Below, piece by piece: positions 23,087 through 31,966 of a DNA stretch of 40,799 bases (the stretch's first letter is position 1; every line of letters begins with the position of its first letter). Position numbers and translations under genes: made by a program. The notes beneath the pieces were generated by a model that saw only the letters and a program-made list of their open reading frames with translations, was not told where the DNA came from and did no database searches. Origin of the DNA: Polyangiales bacterium (GTDB lineage: Bacteria; Myxococcota_A; Polyangia; Polyangiales; DASUME01); contig JBBSJC010000002.1 in the NCBI GenBank assembly GCA_038257655.1, forward strand, positions 1 to 40,799, in the 5' to 3' direction.

Positions 23087-25495
23087 TCAGCGTGGGCGTG
23101 TTGCGCTGATGCCGGCTGCATTCAGGTTGTTTACGAACCTGGCGCCGACACTTGAACCCTCGCGATAGAAGACTGCGGGCTGGCCGATGGGTGCCTTGAC
23201 GCTCACGTCGCTGCCGCGCGTCGCGCTACCGTAGACCTTGCCGGTCCACAAATGAACCCAGCGCCCGGCCGGCAAATACACATTCTTGTTGTAGGGGCAA
23301 AACGGCGCAGTCCAGCACTTGTTCTTCACTGGCGCGACGAGGAACTCGCTACCCAGCATGAACTGGTCGCTGACCTCATGCGCACGCGTGTCGTCTGGGT
23401 AGTGCAGCATCAAATGGCGTACGAGCGGCCAGCCGCGCTCGCTGGCTTCGCTAAACAGCTGCGTGCGGTAAAACGCCAGGGCCTTGTACACCTTGCTCAT
23501 GCGGGCAAAGTGCGCGAGCGTGCTGTCGTCTGAGTATACCTGAGGGTTGTCGCCGGGTTGGTTGCCTTCATGGGTGCGCAGCACCGCGGTGAACGCATTC
23601 ATTTCACTCCAGCGCTTCAGGAGCTCTGTCTCGCGCTTGTAGCCGAGGCCCAAGCGGCTAAGCGAGGTATACCCGCCCACGTCAGAGTGGTTGAGCGATA
23701 GGCCCGAAAGCCCGCCACTTATCAGCCCTTGCAAGGCGCTCGCTAGGCCATCGTACTTGTCCCAGGTCGTCAGCTGATCGCCTTGCCAAAACAGCAGTGC
23801 ATGCGCGGGCGAGCGGGTATGCCCGGAGCGGTTGTAGATGAGCACGTCGCCCAACATGCCTACTTCTTCGATCGCCTCGCGATTCAAACGTGCCCACTCG
23901 ACGGGGTAGGTATTGTGATAGGTCTCGGCGCTTTCGCCGCTTGCGAGCACGGCGTCATAGGGAAGGGCCTCGGCGAAATCGGCCATCCAGCCGCTGCAGC
24001 GCCCTTCGGCTAGCAGCTCCTCCTGGATGATGTCTTTCATCCAACGACGCGCCGCCTCATTGGTAAGGTCCAGCAGGCCTACGTCAAAAGCAGTGATCGG
24101 CAGCATGTATACGCTGCCGTCGGCTTTGTGTACGAAATAGTCACCTGCAATGCCCTCTTGGAACAGATTGCGGCGCAAAGTACCAGCCTCGGGGGGCACG
24201 TCGCGGAACATCGGGTTCACGTAACAGAGTACGCGCGTTCCCTGCCGTTCGAGGTCGTCGACGTACGGCTGCCAACCCGGACGCGAGTTGGGATTCTGAA
24301 TCCAGTTCCACAGCACCTGCTCGCCGACGAACGTCCGGCTCACGCCCGACCAGGTCTGATTCCAAATGCCAGCGAGCTCGACTCCGTGCTTGCGCAGGGC
24401 AGCGACGATAGGGGCGCTCGCCGCTGGATCCTTGGCGAGGGCGACGATCGCTCCCTGGTTGACCCACTCGGGTAGGGCGGGCATGCGGCCTGCGTACTCA
24501 GTGAAGCGTTCAATCAACTGCAGGGGAGAGCTGCCCTGCAAGATGCGGCCACGCATGCTCGGCCCGAACAGACGAATCGCGTTCACGTCGCCGTTGCGCA
24601 GGTCAAACACCGCGTATTCTGTGTTCTCGAGGAACAACGAGCGCTGCCGACTGGTAAGGTAGTGAGGCGCTGCGTAGTACGTGCTGCTCTCACTGCCGCC
24701 AGAGCCGGACGAGGCGAGGTTTACTGCAGGCGTGATCGGAATATGACCGCGCCCGATGCCGCCTTCTTGCGCCAGCACCTCGATGGCGCGGCCCTTCAGG
24801 TTGAGCGTGTCATGGGGTGCTTGCTCGCCCATGCCATAGATGCGTTCACCTTCGTCCGATGCAGCGCGCAAGACCACGAGGTCAAAGCTCGCATCGTTGC
24901 TCGTCAGCTCGAAGCCCAAGTGCCCAGCTTGACGCTCACAGAAGGTCAGCTCAAAGCGTAAGGCAGAGCAGGCTGGACTGGTGTCGTCGAACTTTCCCGT
25001 CAAAGCGAGCGTGCCGTCGCCGGTGCGCGCTTGCTCGAAGCGCGCATTCTTGCACGCAGTCCCGACGTTCTCCTCAACCTTGAAGGAGCCTTGATGATCG
25101 GTGACCTCAAGCTCGGTCTGGGCAAGCTCGACCGGAGAGCCGGCCGCTGTGGCGAACAACACGCGCGAGCCCTCGCTCTGGTGGGTCACGCTCAGGGCGC
25201 GATCGGAGCTCACTTGCACGGAGAAGCCGCCTAGCGCGTGGCTGGCCACAAGCGCCGAATCGCGGCTCCCGGGAGCACACGGCAGCCCCTGAAATGTGCT
25301 TCTTCTCGCGGAATCCAGCTGGTCGGGGATCGCGGCGTCAGCATCGACAGACGCCTGCTCGGCAACTCCTGACGGCGTGGGCAGCGGGCTCTCGTCCTGT
25401 GCGGAAGTAGCCTTCGACGCTACGTCCGCACAGCCAACAAGCCACATGCTGCTCGCGCAGACTAAGGTACCAACAGTATGGAACGTATTCTTCAT
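23087..25495 (-). CDS. glycoside hydrolase family 31 lipoprotein (YihQ-like subfamily)
   Basis: 802 aa with a lipobox (WLVGC). It is colinear with my recollection of E. coli YihQ. The nucleophile block is SGWMADFAEALPYD, with the putative nucleophile Asp at about residue 506. Other matching blocks are WQGDQLTTWDKYDGLASAL, NHSDVGGYTSL, RTHEGNQPGDN and APIGQPAVFYR. Confidence 0.85.
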   Translation of the reverse strand: MKNTFHTVGTLVCASSMWLVGCADVASKATSAQDESPLPTPSGVAEQASVDADAAIPDQLDSARRSTFQGLPCAPGSRDSALVASHALGGFSVQVSSDRALSVTHQSEGSRVLFATAAGSPVELAQTELEVTDHQGSFKVEENVGTACKNARFEQARTGDGTLALTGKFDDTSPACSALRFELTFCERQAGHLGFELTSNDASFDLVVLRAASDEGERIYGMGEQAPHDTLNLKGRAIEVLAQEGGIGRGHIPITPAVNLASSGSGGSESSTYYAAPHYLTSRQRSLFLENTEYAVFDLRNGDVNAIRLFGPSMRGRILQGSSPLQLIERFTEYAGRMPALPEWVNQGAIVALAKDPAASAPIVAALRKHGVELAGIWNQTWSGVSRTFVGEQVLWNWIQNPNSRPGWQPYVDDLERQGTRVLCYVNPMFRDVPPEAGTLRRNLFQEGIAGDYFVHKADGSVYMLPITAFDVGLLDLTNEAARRWMKDIIQEELLAEGRCSGWMADFAEALPYDAVLASGESAETYHNTYPVEWARLNREAIEEVGMLGDVLIYNRSGHTRSPAHALLFWQGDQLTTWDKYDGLASALQGLISGGLSGLSLNHSDVGGYTSLSRLGLGYKRETELLKRWSEMNAFTAVLRTHEGNQPGDNPQVYSDDSTLAHFARMSKVYKALAFYRTQLFSEASERGWPLVRHLMLHYPDDTRAHEVSDQFMLGSEFLVAPVKNKCWTAPFCPYNKNVYLPAGRWVHLWTGKVYGSATRGSDVSVKAPIGQPAVFYREGSSVGARFVNNLNAAGISATRPR

Positions 25496-25826
25496 GCGAC
25501 ATTCCTTAGGCGCATCTCAAGCGTGCGCGCGCACTCTTATCACGTGGATACGTCGCAAACCGAGTGCCGGCTCGCCAGGACGCACAGGGGGACCAAACGC
25601 GCTGTAGCGTGCCTGGACTTTGTATAAACGCAAGTGAGAAATCTGTACGAGCGGCCGGCAGGTGTGCGCCCTCACCGAATCGGCGGAGGGTCGCGAAGGT
25701 AAGGGAACAAGCCGGGCAGGCCGACCTCGCGAAGCGAACGTCAGCGCGTGCTGATACAAAACCATACCAACAGGGGCATCCACCCCGGCCTCGACTTCAC
25801 CACGTTCCACGACTAGAGCGCGTGAG

Positions 25827-26213
25827 GTGGCCTGGATCGTCTTACCCCTCGCGCTCGTCGTTCTCGCGTTTGCGATATCCCTGAGGCGCGCCACTGAGAT
25901 GTTCGTCATCTCCGTGCGCAGGGGAAAGACGCTGGTGATGCGCGGCCGCATCCCGATCACGCTGAAGCAGGAAATAGGCGAGGTGATGTGTCGAGCCGGA
26001 GTCGCCCAGGCTGAGCTGCGAGTCGTGCGCAGCGGCGGTGCGGCCAAGATGATCGCGGACGGCGTTGACCCCATCGTCGCTCAGCGTCTGCGAAACGTGC
26101 TCGGTCTGTACCCAGACTACAAGCTCAGAGCCGCGCCTCCTCCGGGCCGCCGCAATCTCGGTCAGCGCTTGGGCATCCCTTGGCTTGCATGGCGGCTGCA
26201 GAGCAAGCGCTGA
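25827..26213 (+). CDS. DUF3634-like small membrane-anchored protein
   Basis: 128 aa with a GTG start and an N-terminal TM (AWIVLPLALVVLAFAI). MFVISVRRGKTLVMRGRIPITLKQEIGEV...AQRLRNVLG then matches the DUF3634 pattern as I recall it (F-x-I-x-V-x-x-G...QQRxRNV). Confidence 0.55.
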   Translation: MAWIVLPLALVVLAFAISLRRATEMFVISVRRGKTLVMRGRIPITLKQEIGEVMCRAGVAQAELRVVRSGGAAKMIADGVDPIVAQRLRNVLGLYPDYKLRAAPPPGRRNLGQRLGIPWLAWRLQSKR

Positions 26214-26734
26214 GCTTGCGTCCATGCGATGCGCCAGCAGGCGGGCCGATAGATCGTAGTCGTCATATCGCCGCAACGCGCACCGCGACTTACATGCGCC
26301 GCGTCTAGCGCTGATGGCTGGGGCAGTGGGCGCTGTCATGCGACTGGTAGTAAAAGGGGCAGGTTTAATGCGCGTGCGCTGTTTGGCCGAGCTGCTCGTG
26401 ATGCCACAGTTAACGCCGTGAATTGGCGACTCGGGTTCTGTCTGCGCCAAGCTCGGATGCGCGGCCCGCAAGCTGCGTCAGTAAGTAAGACCACGAGTCC
26501 GCCCGGATCTTACGGTCCTGCGCGAGCGACGCGTCGAACGCAAGTGTCTGAAGCCACAGGCACGTTTGGGACGTCGCGCTCGACCGCTGGGTTCTATGCC
26601 GCTCGGTAAGCATAGACAGTCCGCGTTTTCTCGACCCATCCTGGCCACGCAATCCGTTGAACAGGAGCGAACTTGAGCGTAGATGTACGCCGAAAAGCTC
26701 CCTGTGTGATTCTCCCCCTACAGAGGATGTGTGC

Positions 26735-29593
26735 ATGCCTTTCACGCGCAGAATGTCGCTGGTTACAGCGCTCATGGTGGGAACGACCGGGTGTTCCGGG
26801 CTCACTGACGACACGGGAAAATCAACCCAGGCCTCACGATCTGCTTTGGGGCTGCCGACCACGACAGCATCGGAGCAGTCTTTCACGGCACTCGAATCCG
26901 GTCAGGTGCGTCCCCTCGCGATATCGTCCTGTGGTCGGCTGCTGTTTGCAGTGAACACACCCGACAATCGGCTCGAGATCTTTCGCCGCGTCGGTGACAA
27001 TCTGACCGCTATCGGCTCCGTGCCCGTGGGGCTTGAGCCCGTAGCAGTCGCTGTGCGCAACGAGCGCGAGGTCTGGGTCGTCAATCATCTGTCAGATAGC
27101 GTCAGCATCGTCGATGTTCGCGATCCGGCACACCCCCGAGTCGTACGCACGCTGTTGGTAGGCGATGAGCCGCGCGACATCGTCTTCGCCGGTCCGCGCA
27201 AGGACCGCGCGTTCATCACGACCGCCCATCGCGGTCAGAACACTGGACGCGACCCGCAGCTGGCGACACCCTCTGTCGGCCGCGCGGATGTGTGGGTGTT
27301 CACGGCCGATGCGCTGGGTTCTACGCTCGCAGGCACCCCGCTTACGGTGATCACACTGTTTGCAGACACACCGCGCGCGCTCGCGGTTTCGCCGGACTCC
27401 AAGACCGTGTATGCAGCGGCCTTCCACACCGGCAATCAGACCACGGTGGTGAACGAGCGCTTGGTCAGCAACGGCGGCGGGGCACCGGAGCCCTTGACCG
27501 ATGTCAACGGCCTGCCTGCGCCCGATACGTCGCTGATCGTGAAGTTTCGCCCCGGCCCGGACGGCCAGATGCACTGGCTCGATGAGACCGACCGCATTTG
27601 GGACGACGCCGTTCGCTTCACGCTAGCTGACAAGGACGTATTTGCCATCGATGCGAGCCTCGCGGTGCCCGCCGAAAAGCAAGGCAGCGCAGTGGCCGGC
27701 GTCGGCACCGTGTTGTTCAACATGGCCGTCAATCCGGTGAACGGTAAGGTGTACGTCGGAAATCTCGAGTCGCGAAACGAAGTGCGCTTTGAAGGCCACA
27801 ACGAGTTTGGCGGCGGTAGCACGGTGCGCGGCCACATCGCGGAGAGCCGCATCAGCGTGATCTCGGGCACCAAGGTTGCGGCGCGCCATATGAACAAGCA
27901 CCTTGACTATTCCAAAGAAGGCACGCCCACGGAAGCTGAGAAGAGCCTGGCGTTCCCCACCGGCATGGAAGTGTCGCGGGATGGCAAGCTTTTGTTCGTG
28001 GCTGCGCTCGGCTCGAACAAGCTCGGCGTCTATCGCACTGCGGAGCTCGAGGCCGATACGTTCGTGCCTTCCCAGGCTGACCAAGTGCTCCTTTCAGGCG
28101 GAGGCCCGACGGGCCTGGTCGTCGCTCCAGAAGGCAACTTTGTCTACGTCATGACCCGCTTCGATAACGGTATCTCGATCGTCCACGCTAAGGGCAAGCG
28201 CGAGCTCAATCACGTGCGCATGTACAACCCCGAGCCTGCGAGCGTGACGCGCGGTCGTCGTTTTCTTTACGACGCATCGTTGACCTCCGCCCACGGTGAC
28301 TCGGCCTGCGCCAGCTGCCATATCTTTGGTGACGTAGACAGCATGGCGTGGGACCTCGGTGACCCTGACGGTTCCGTGCTCAACAATCCCGGACCGTTCA
28401 CCACGCCGCTTCTGCCGTTTTTCCCGTCGAAGGACCTGCACCCCATGAAGGGGCCGATGACGACACAAAGCCTGCGCGGTATGGCCAATCACGGTCCGAT
28501 GCACTGGCGCGGTGACCGCACCGGCGGCAACGATGTAACGAGCAGCGCGCAACCAGACACGGGCACCTTCGATGAAGACGCCGCTTTCAAGAAGTTCAAT
28601 GGCGCTTTCACCGGCCTGCTTGGGCGCGCCAACAAGCTTACCGATGCGGAGATGCAAGACTTCACCAATTTCATGTTGCAGGTGGTCTATCCGCCTAACC
28701 CCGTCCGCAATCTCGATAACTCCCTGACGCCCGCCCAGGCACGCGGTCGCGCGTTCTACTTCGCGCAGGCACCAGACGGAACGCCGCTACCCTCGGACAC
28801 CTTCCACAACTGCAACGGTTGCCACACGCTCGATCCCTCAGGGAACGCCGCCGCCGGCGTCGCCAAGCCCGGCTTCTTCGGTTCTGATGGCCGCTACTCG
28901 TTTGAAAGCGAAGCACAGTTCATGAAGGTGCCGCACCTGCGCAATGCCTATCAGAAGGTAGGCATGTTCGGCATGGCAAACACCTTCAGTCTGCCCATCG
29001 ACACCTTCCCGCCCAGGCTCGCGTTCTTGCCTCCGCCGCTCAATGACGTGTCGCCCAAGGGCGATCAGGTGCGCGGCTTCGGCTTCACCCACGACGGCTC
29101 GCTCGATACGATGTTCCGCTTCTTCGGAGCGAACCTGTTCGCGCAACGCCCCGCCACGGATACCTTCCCCAATCCGTTTGGCATTCCGCCGAATGCAGAA
29201 GGCATCGGGATTCGTCGCGACCTCGAGGCTTTCATGCTCGCCTTCGACTCCAACCTTGCGCCGATCGTCGGACAACAAGTCACGCTCACCGGAAACAACG
29301 CATCGGTCGCGCTACCTCGTATCGAGTTATTGCAGCAGCGCGCTGCGGCCGGTGAGTGCGAGCTCACGGTAAGCGGTCGCGCAGGCTCGCGCGAGCTTGG
29401 CTACTTGTACAACCCCGCGATCGGTACGTTCGTGGCCAACCGCGCCAACGATCGCGCAGCGACCATCAACGAGCTTCAAGCCCAGGCGCGCTCTGCTGGC
29501 TTGACGTTCACCGCTGTTCCCACGGGCTCCGGCACTCGCATCGCGCTCGACCGCGACAGCGATGGCACCTTCAACGGAGATGAAACGCGCTGA
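26735..29593 (+). CDS. lipoprotein fusing a YVTN-type beta-propeller to a di-haem cytochrome c peroxidase/MauG-like domain
   Basis: 952 aa from the ATG at 26735, with an AGAGGA SD and a signal plus Cys (ALMVGTTGC). The N-terminal 500 or so residues contain repeats of the YVTN/lactonase propeller type: VGLEPVAVAV, VGDEPRDIVF, PRALAVSPDSKTVYAA, GPTGLVVAPEGNFVYV. The C-terminal part carries two CxxCH haem c motifs, CASCH (28307-28321) and CNGCH (28811-28825). It also carries the CCP-family blocks RGRRFLYDASLTS..SACASCH, FMKVPHLRNAY and FTHDGSLDTMFRFF. The protein ends with a DxDxDG-like DRDSDGTFNGDE. Confidence 0.8.
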   Translation: MPFTRRMSLVTALMVGTTGCSGLTDDTGKSTQASRSALGLPTTTASEQSFTALESGQVRPLAISSCGRLLFAVNTPDNRLEIFRRVGDNLTAIGSVPVGLEPVAVAVRNEREVWVVNHLSDSVSIVDVRDPAHPRVVRTLLVGDEPRDIVFAGPRKDRAFITTAHRGQNTGRDPQLATPSVGRADVWVFTADALGSTLAGTPLTVITLFADTPRALAVSPDSKTVYAAAFHTGNQTTVVNERLVSNGGGAPEPLTDVNGLPAPDTSLIVKFRPGPDGQMHWLDETDRIWDDAVRFTLADKDVFAIDASLAVPAEKQGSAVAGVGTVLFNMAVNPVNGKVYVGNLESRNEVRFEGHNEFGGGSTVRGHIAESRISVISGTKVAARHMNKHLDYSKEGTPTEAEKSLAFPTGMEVSRDGKLLFVAALGSNKLGVYRTAELEADTFVPSQADQVLLSGGGPTGLVVAPEGNFVYVMTRFDNGISIVHAKGKRELNHVRMYNPEPASVTRGRRFLYDASLTSAHGDSACASCHIFGDVDSMAWDLGDPDGSVLNNPGPFTTPLLPFFPSKDLHPMKGPMTTQSLRGMANHGPMHWRGDRTGGNDVTSSAQPDTGTFDEDAAFKKFNGAFTGLLGRANKLTDAEMQDFTNFMLQVVYPPNPVRNLDNSLTPAQARGRAFYFAQAPDGTPLPSDTFHNCNGCHTLDPSGNAAAGVAKPGFFGSDGRYSFESEAQFMKVPHLRNAYQKVGMFGMANTFSLPIDTFPPRLAFLPPPLNDVSPKGDQVRGFGFTHDGSLDTMFRFFGANLFAQRPATDTFPNPFGIPPNAEGIGIRRDLEAFMLAFDSNLAPIVGQQVTLTGNNASVALPRIELLQQRAAAGECELTVSGRAGSRELGYLYNPAIGTFVANRANDRAATINELQAQARSAGLTFTAVPTGSGTRIALDRDSDGTFNGDETR

Positions 29594-29675
29594 TCGCGGT
29601 CTCGCGCGGCTGAAACACGCTGCCCGTCCATAGGCGGGTAGCGCGGGTCACAGGAGTGGGCGAGAGGGTGTTGTG

Positions 29676-29694
29676 TAGCGAGGCGTCCTCGCTA
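29676..29694. repeat. perfect 8-bp-stem hairpin/palindrome between the lipoprotein and oxygenase genes (terminator or operator)
   Basis: TAGCGAGG-CGT-CCTCGCTA lies 83 nt after the upstream stop and 32 nt before the ATG at 29727. The sequence that follows is only weakly T-rich (TGCTTGCGTGGTTTCG). Confidence 0.35.
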
Positions 29695-29726
29695 TGCTTG
29701 CGTGGTTTCGCTCCCCAGGAGTCACC

Positions 29727-30527
29727 ATGCTGCTTCCGCTCGATCGTGAACGCCTCAAGGCCCAGTTCAACGCCGCCCAGCCCTTTCGTTGGATCGAGAT
29801 TTACCCATTTCTCGAGCCCGAGTTCGCGCAGACGTTGGCCGCTTCCTATCCGGACTTCGAGTCCAGTCGCAAGCAGGGCACGGAGTTCGCGGCCGTCAAC
29901 GAGCAGCGTAAGGTGCAGATCGTCGACTCCATGAAATTCCCAGATCCAGTCAAGAAGCTGAACGATCTGCTGGCGTCGCCCGAGTTCCTTGCCGACATGG
30001 AGTACATCACGGGCATCCCACGTCTGCTTGCCGACACCGAGCTCGAGGGTGGCGGCATGCACGTCACGGGGGCCCGCGGTCGTCTGGACGTGCACGTCGA
30101 CTTCAACCTGACGGAAAAGGGTCTGCACCGACGACTCAACATCCTCGTGTATCTCAACCCAGTGTGGGAGAAGGCATGGGGCGGGAACATCGAGCTGTGG
30201 GACAAGGAAGTGAAGACGCTGCACCATAGTTTTGAGCCGCTGATCAACCGCTGCGTGCTCTTCGAGACGAACGAGATCAGCTACCACGGTGTGTCGCCGG
30301 TCAAATGCCCCGATTCACAGGTTCGTAAGTCGTTCGCTGCCTACTATTACACCGAGGAAGCGCCCGCCCATTGGGATGGCTCCAAGCACACGACCGTCTT
30401 CCGTGCGCGCCCGAACGAGGTCATGCGCGGCAGCCTTTTGATGCCCCTTGAGAACGCGAAGCGCCGCGCCCGCCAAGAAGTCCGGAAGGCAAAGGCGATC
30501 GTCAAAAAGCTGATCGGACGCCAATAG
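29727..30527 (+). CDS. 2OG-Fe(II) oxygenase superfamily protein
   Basis: 266 aa from the ATG at 29727, with an AGGAG SD. The HxD...H facial triad is in RLDVHVDFN and EISYHGVSPV, and RKSF supplies the 2OG-binding Arg. The LNILVYLNPVWEKAWGGNIELWD block is typical of 2OG-FeII_Oxy_3/5-like proteins. Confidence 0.75.
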   Translation: MLLPLDRERLKAQFNAAQPFRWIEIYPFLEPEFAQTLAASYPDFESSRKQGTEFAAVNEQRKVQIVDSMKFPDPVKKLNDLLASPEFLADMEYITGIPRLLADTELEGGGMHVTGARGRLDVHVDFNLTEKGLHRRLNILVYLNPVWEKAWGGNIELWDKEVKTLHHSFEPLINRCVLFETNEISYHGVSPVKCPDSQVRKSFAAYYYTEEAPAHWDGSKHTTVFRARPNEVMRGSLLMPLENAKRRARQEVRKAKAIVKKLIGRQ

Positions 30528-30576
30528 CGTTCGCGCCGCTCAGTGGCAAACCACGTTCCGTGGCATAGTGCGCGCC

Positions 30577-31068
30577 ATGGCAAATGTATATGACTTCAGC
30601 CTCAAGACGATTGATGGCACGCCCAAATCCCTCGCTGACTACCGGGGCAAAGTGCTGCTGATCGTCAACGTGGCATCCCAGTGCGGGCTCACGCCACAGT
30701 ACGCAGCGCTCGAGAAGCTGTATCGCGAGCAGAAGGTACAGGGCCTCGAGGTGCTCGGCTTTCCCTGCAATGATTTCGCGGCGCAGGAGCCGGCAAGCGA
30801 AGCAGAGATCCAGAGCTTCTGCTCCAGCAAATACGACGTGACGTTCCCGATGTTCGCCAAGGTCAAAGTTCTTGGTGAAGGACGCGCCCCGCTATACGCG
30901 CACCTGACCACGCGATCGACGCAGCCCGAGGGCCCCGGCGACGTGTCGTGGAACTTCGCGAAATTCCTAATCGGGAAGCAGGGCGAAGTCGTCGCCCGTT
31001 TCAGCCCACGGACGGCGCCCGACGCCCCTGAGGTGACCGCCGCGATCAAACGGGCGCTGGCCGCCTAG
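30577..31068 (+). CDS. glutathione peroxidase family protein (Cys-type)
   Basis: 163 aa. The motifs are LIVNVASQCGLTPQY (catalytic Cys encoded by TGC at 30682-30684, not a TGA), LGFPCNDFAAQEP and WNFAKFLI. I prefer the ATG at 30577 over the GTG at 30568. Confidence 0.88.
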   Translation: MANVYDFSLKTIDGTPKSLADYRGKVLLIVNVASQCGLTPQYAALEKLYREQKVQGLEVLGFPCNDFAAQEPASEAEIQSFCSSKYDVTFPMFAKVKVLGEGRAPLYAHLTTRSTQPEGPGDVSWNFAKFLIGKQGEVVARFSPRTAPDAPEVTAAIKRALAA

Positions 31069-31131
31069 GCCCGAAGGCCGGCTGCCCTACCCGGTCGCTG
31101 CGCCTGTCCCCGATTGGGAACGCGTGGACGT

Positions 31132-31455
31132 TCAACGCTTTTTGCGAGGGGCTGCCGCGGCGCCAGCAACTTTTGCTGCTTTGGGCTTCTTTGCGGGCTT
31201 GGCGGCGGGTGGCGGAGCGGCCTGCGTCACCTGCAAGTGCTGCTCGGCCTTGGCCCACAAAAAGCTGCGGTCTCCCGAGGCGAACCGGATGCGCACAGTG
31301 CCCTTTTCAGACGACAGAACCTCGCCTGTGCCTAGCTCAGGCAATCCTGCGTGGCTTACGTAGCAACCCAATTCGAGATTCGACAAGTGGCCTCCACCGG
31401 CATATCGCGCCGCCCAGCTGGCAGCAGCCAGTAATATAGCAGCTGAAAGCCACAT
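31132..31455 (-). CDS. small DUF3553-like protein with Lys/Ala/Pro-rich basic tail
   Basis: The core LELGCYVSHAGLPELGTGEVLSSEKGTVRIRFASGDRSFLWAKAEQHLQV fits the DUF3553 pattern (G-x-x-V-x-H...G-x-G-x-V...V-x-F). The tail AAKPAKKPKAAKVAGAAAAPRKKR is histone-H1-like. The first 23 codons use rare AT-rich codons (ata, tta). A TTG at 31384-31386 sits behind GGTGGAGG and would give an 84-aa product, so the true start is probably 31386. Confidence 0.5.
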   Translation of the reverse strand: MWLSAAILLAAASWAARYAGGGHLSNLELGCYVSHAGLPELGTGEVLSSEKGTVRIRFASGDRSFLWAKAEQHLQVTQAAPPPAAKPAKKPKAAKVAGAAAAPRKKR

Positions 31456-31627
31456 GCGCCGGGGGCCATAGGCCGCGGCACCCGCTTAGAGGCTGGCCGA
31501 CGCAAGGTAACGGCTTGCCCGCCCACCTCGTCTGGGGGTTCCTCGCCTACTTAACTCGCTAGTTTACGCGCTAGCTTATAAATAGCGGCCGGGGCGTTCC
31601 CCCGTCCCTGAGCTTGCCCCGATTGGC

Positions 31628-31966
31628 TTAGGCCGCGTCGGGGGCACGTTCTTCGCCGGCTCGTTCTTGGCCATCGGCGCCAGCCTCGCTCTGCCAACCT
31701 GCCATTCCCAAGTGCTCGAGGGCCTCGCGGTCGCGTTCGAACTGCTTCTTGAGCTCTTCGAGTGCAGCCTTGGCCATCGAAAGTCTGCGCGTCTCGTCTT
31801 TGTAGTGCGGCCCCAGTGCCTCGAGAGACCTTACGTTGTGGCGACGAAAGCTATCGGCGCGCTCACGCGCTTCGTAGCGAGATACACCCAGCGATTCGAG
31901 AGCCTTGCGACCGGCCGCCTCGTGCAACGTCGAGCCGTGTTCGACAGTCGTCGAGAGCTCAGTGCG
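31628..31966 (-). pseudogene. 3' relic of a KefB/KefC-type (CPA2) K+/H+ antiporter gene
   Basis: [31 protein letters not shown]...GMAGWQSE matches the extreme C-terminal tail of E. coli KefC as I recall it ([31 protein letters not shown]...RHGWQGTE). Nothing corresponding to the about 500 upstream residues (membrane and KTN domains) exists. The sequence upstream runs into the TRAP operon leader. Confidence 0.7.

Noticed and set aside
23087-25495. Calling the GH31 enzyme a sulfoquinovosidase (yihQ).
   Set aside because: The Arg of the sulfonate-binding Arg-Trp-Tyr triad aligns by hand to Gln (VGEQVLWNW). No sulfoglycolysis genes are nearby. I kept the generic call of a YihQ-like GH31.
30682-30684. 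A possible selenocysteine in the glutathione peroxidase.
   Set aside because: The catalytic position is encoded by TGC (Cys), not TGA. No in-frame TGA is present.
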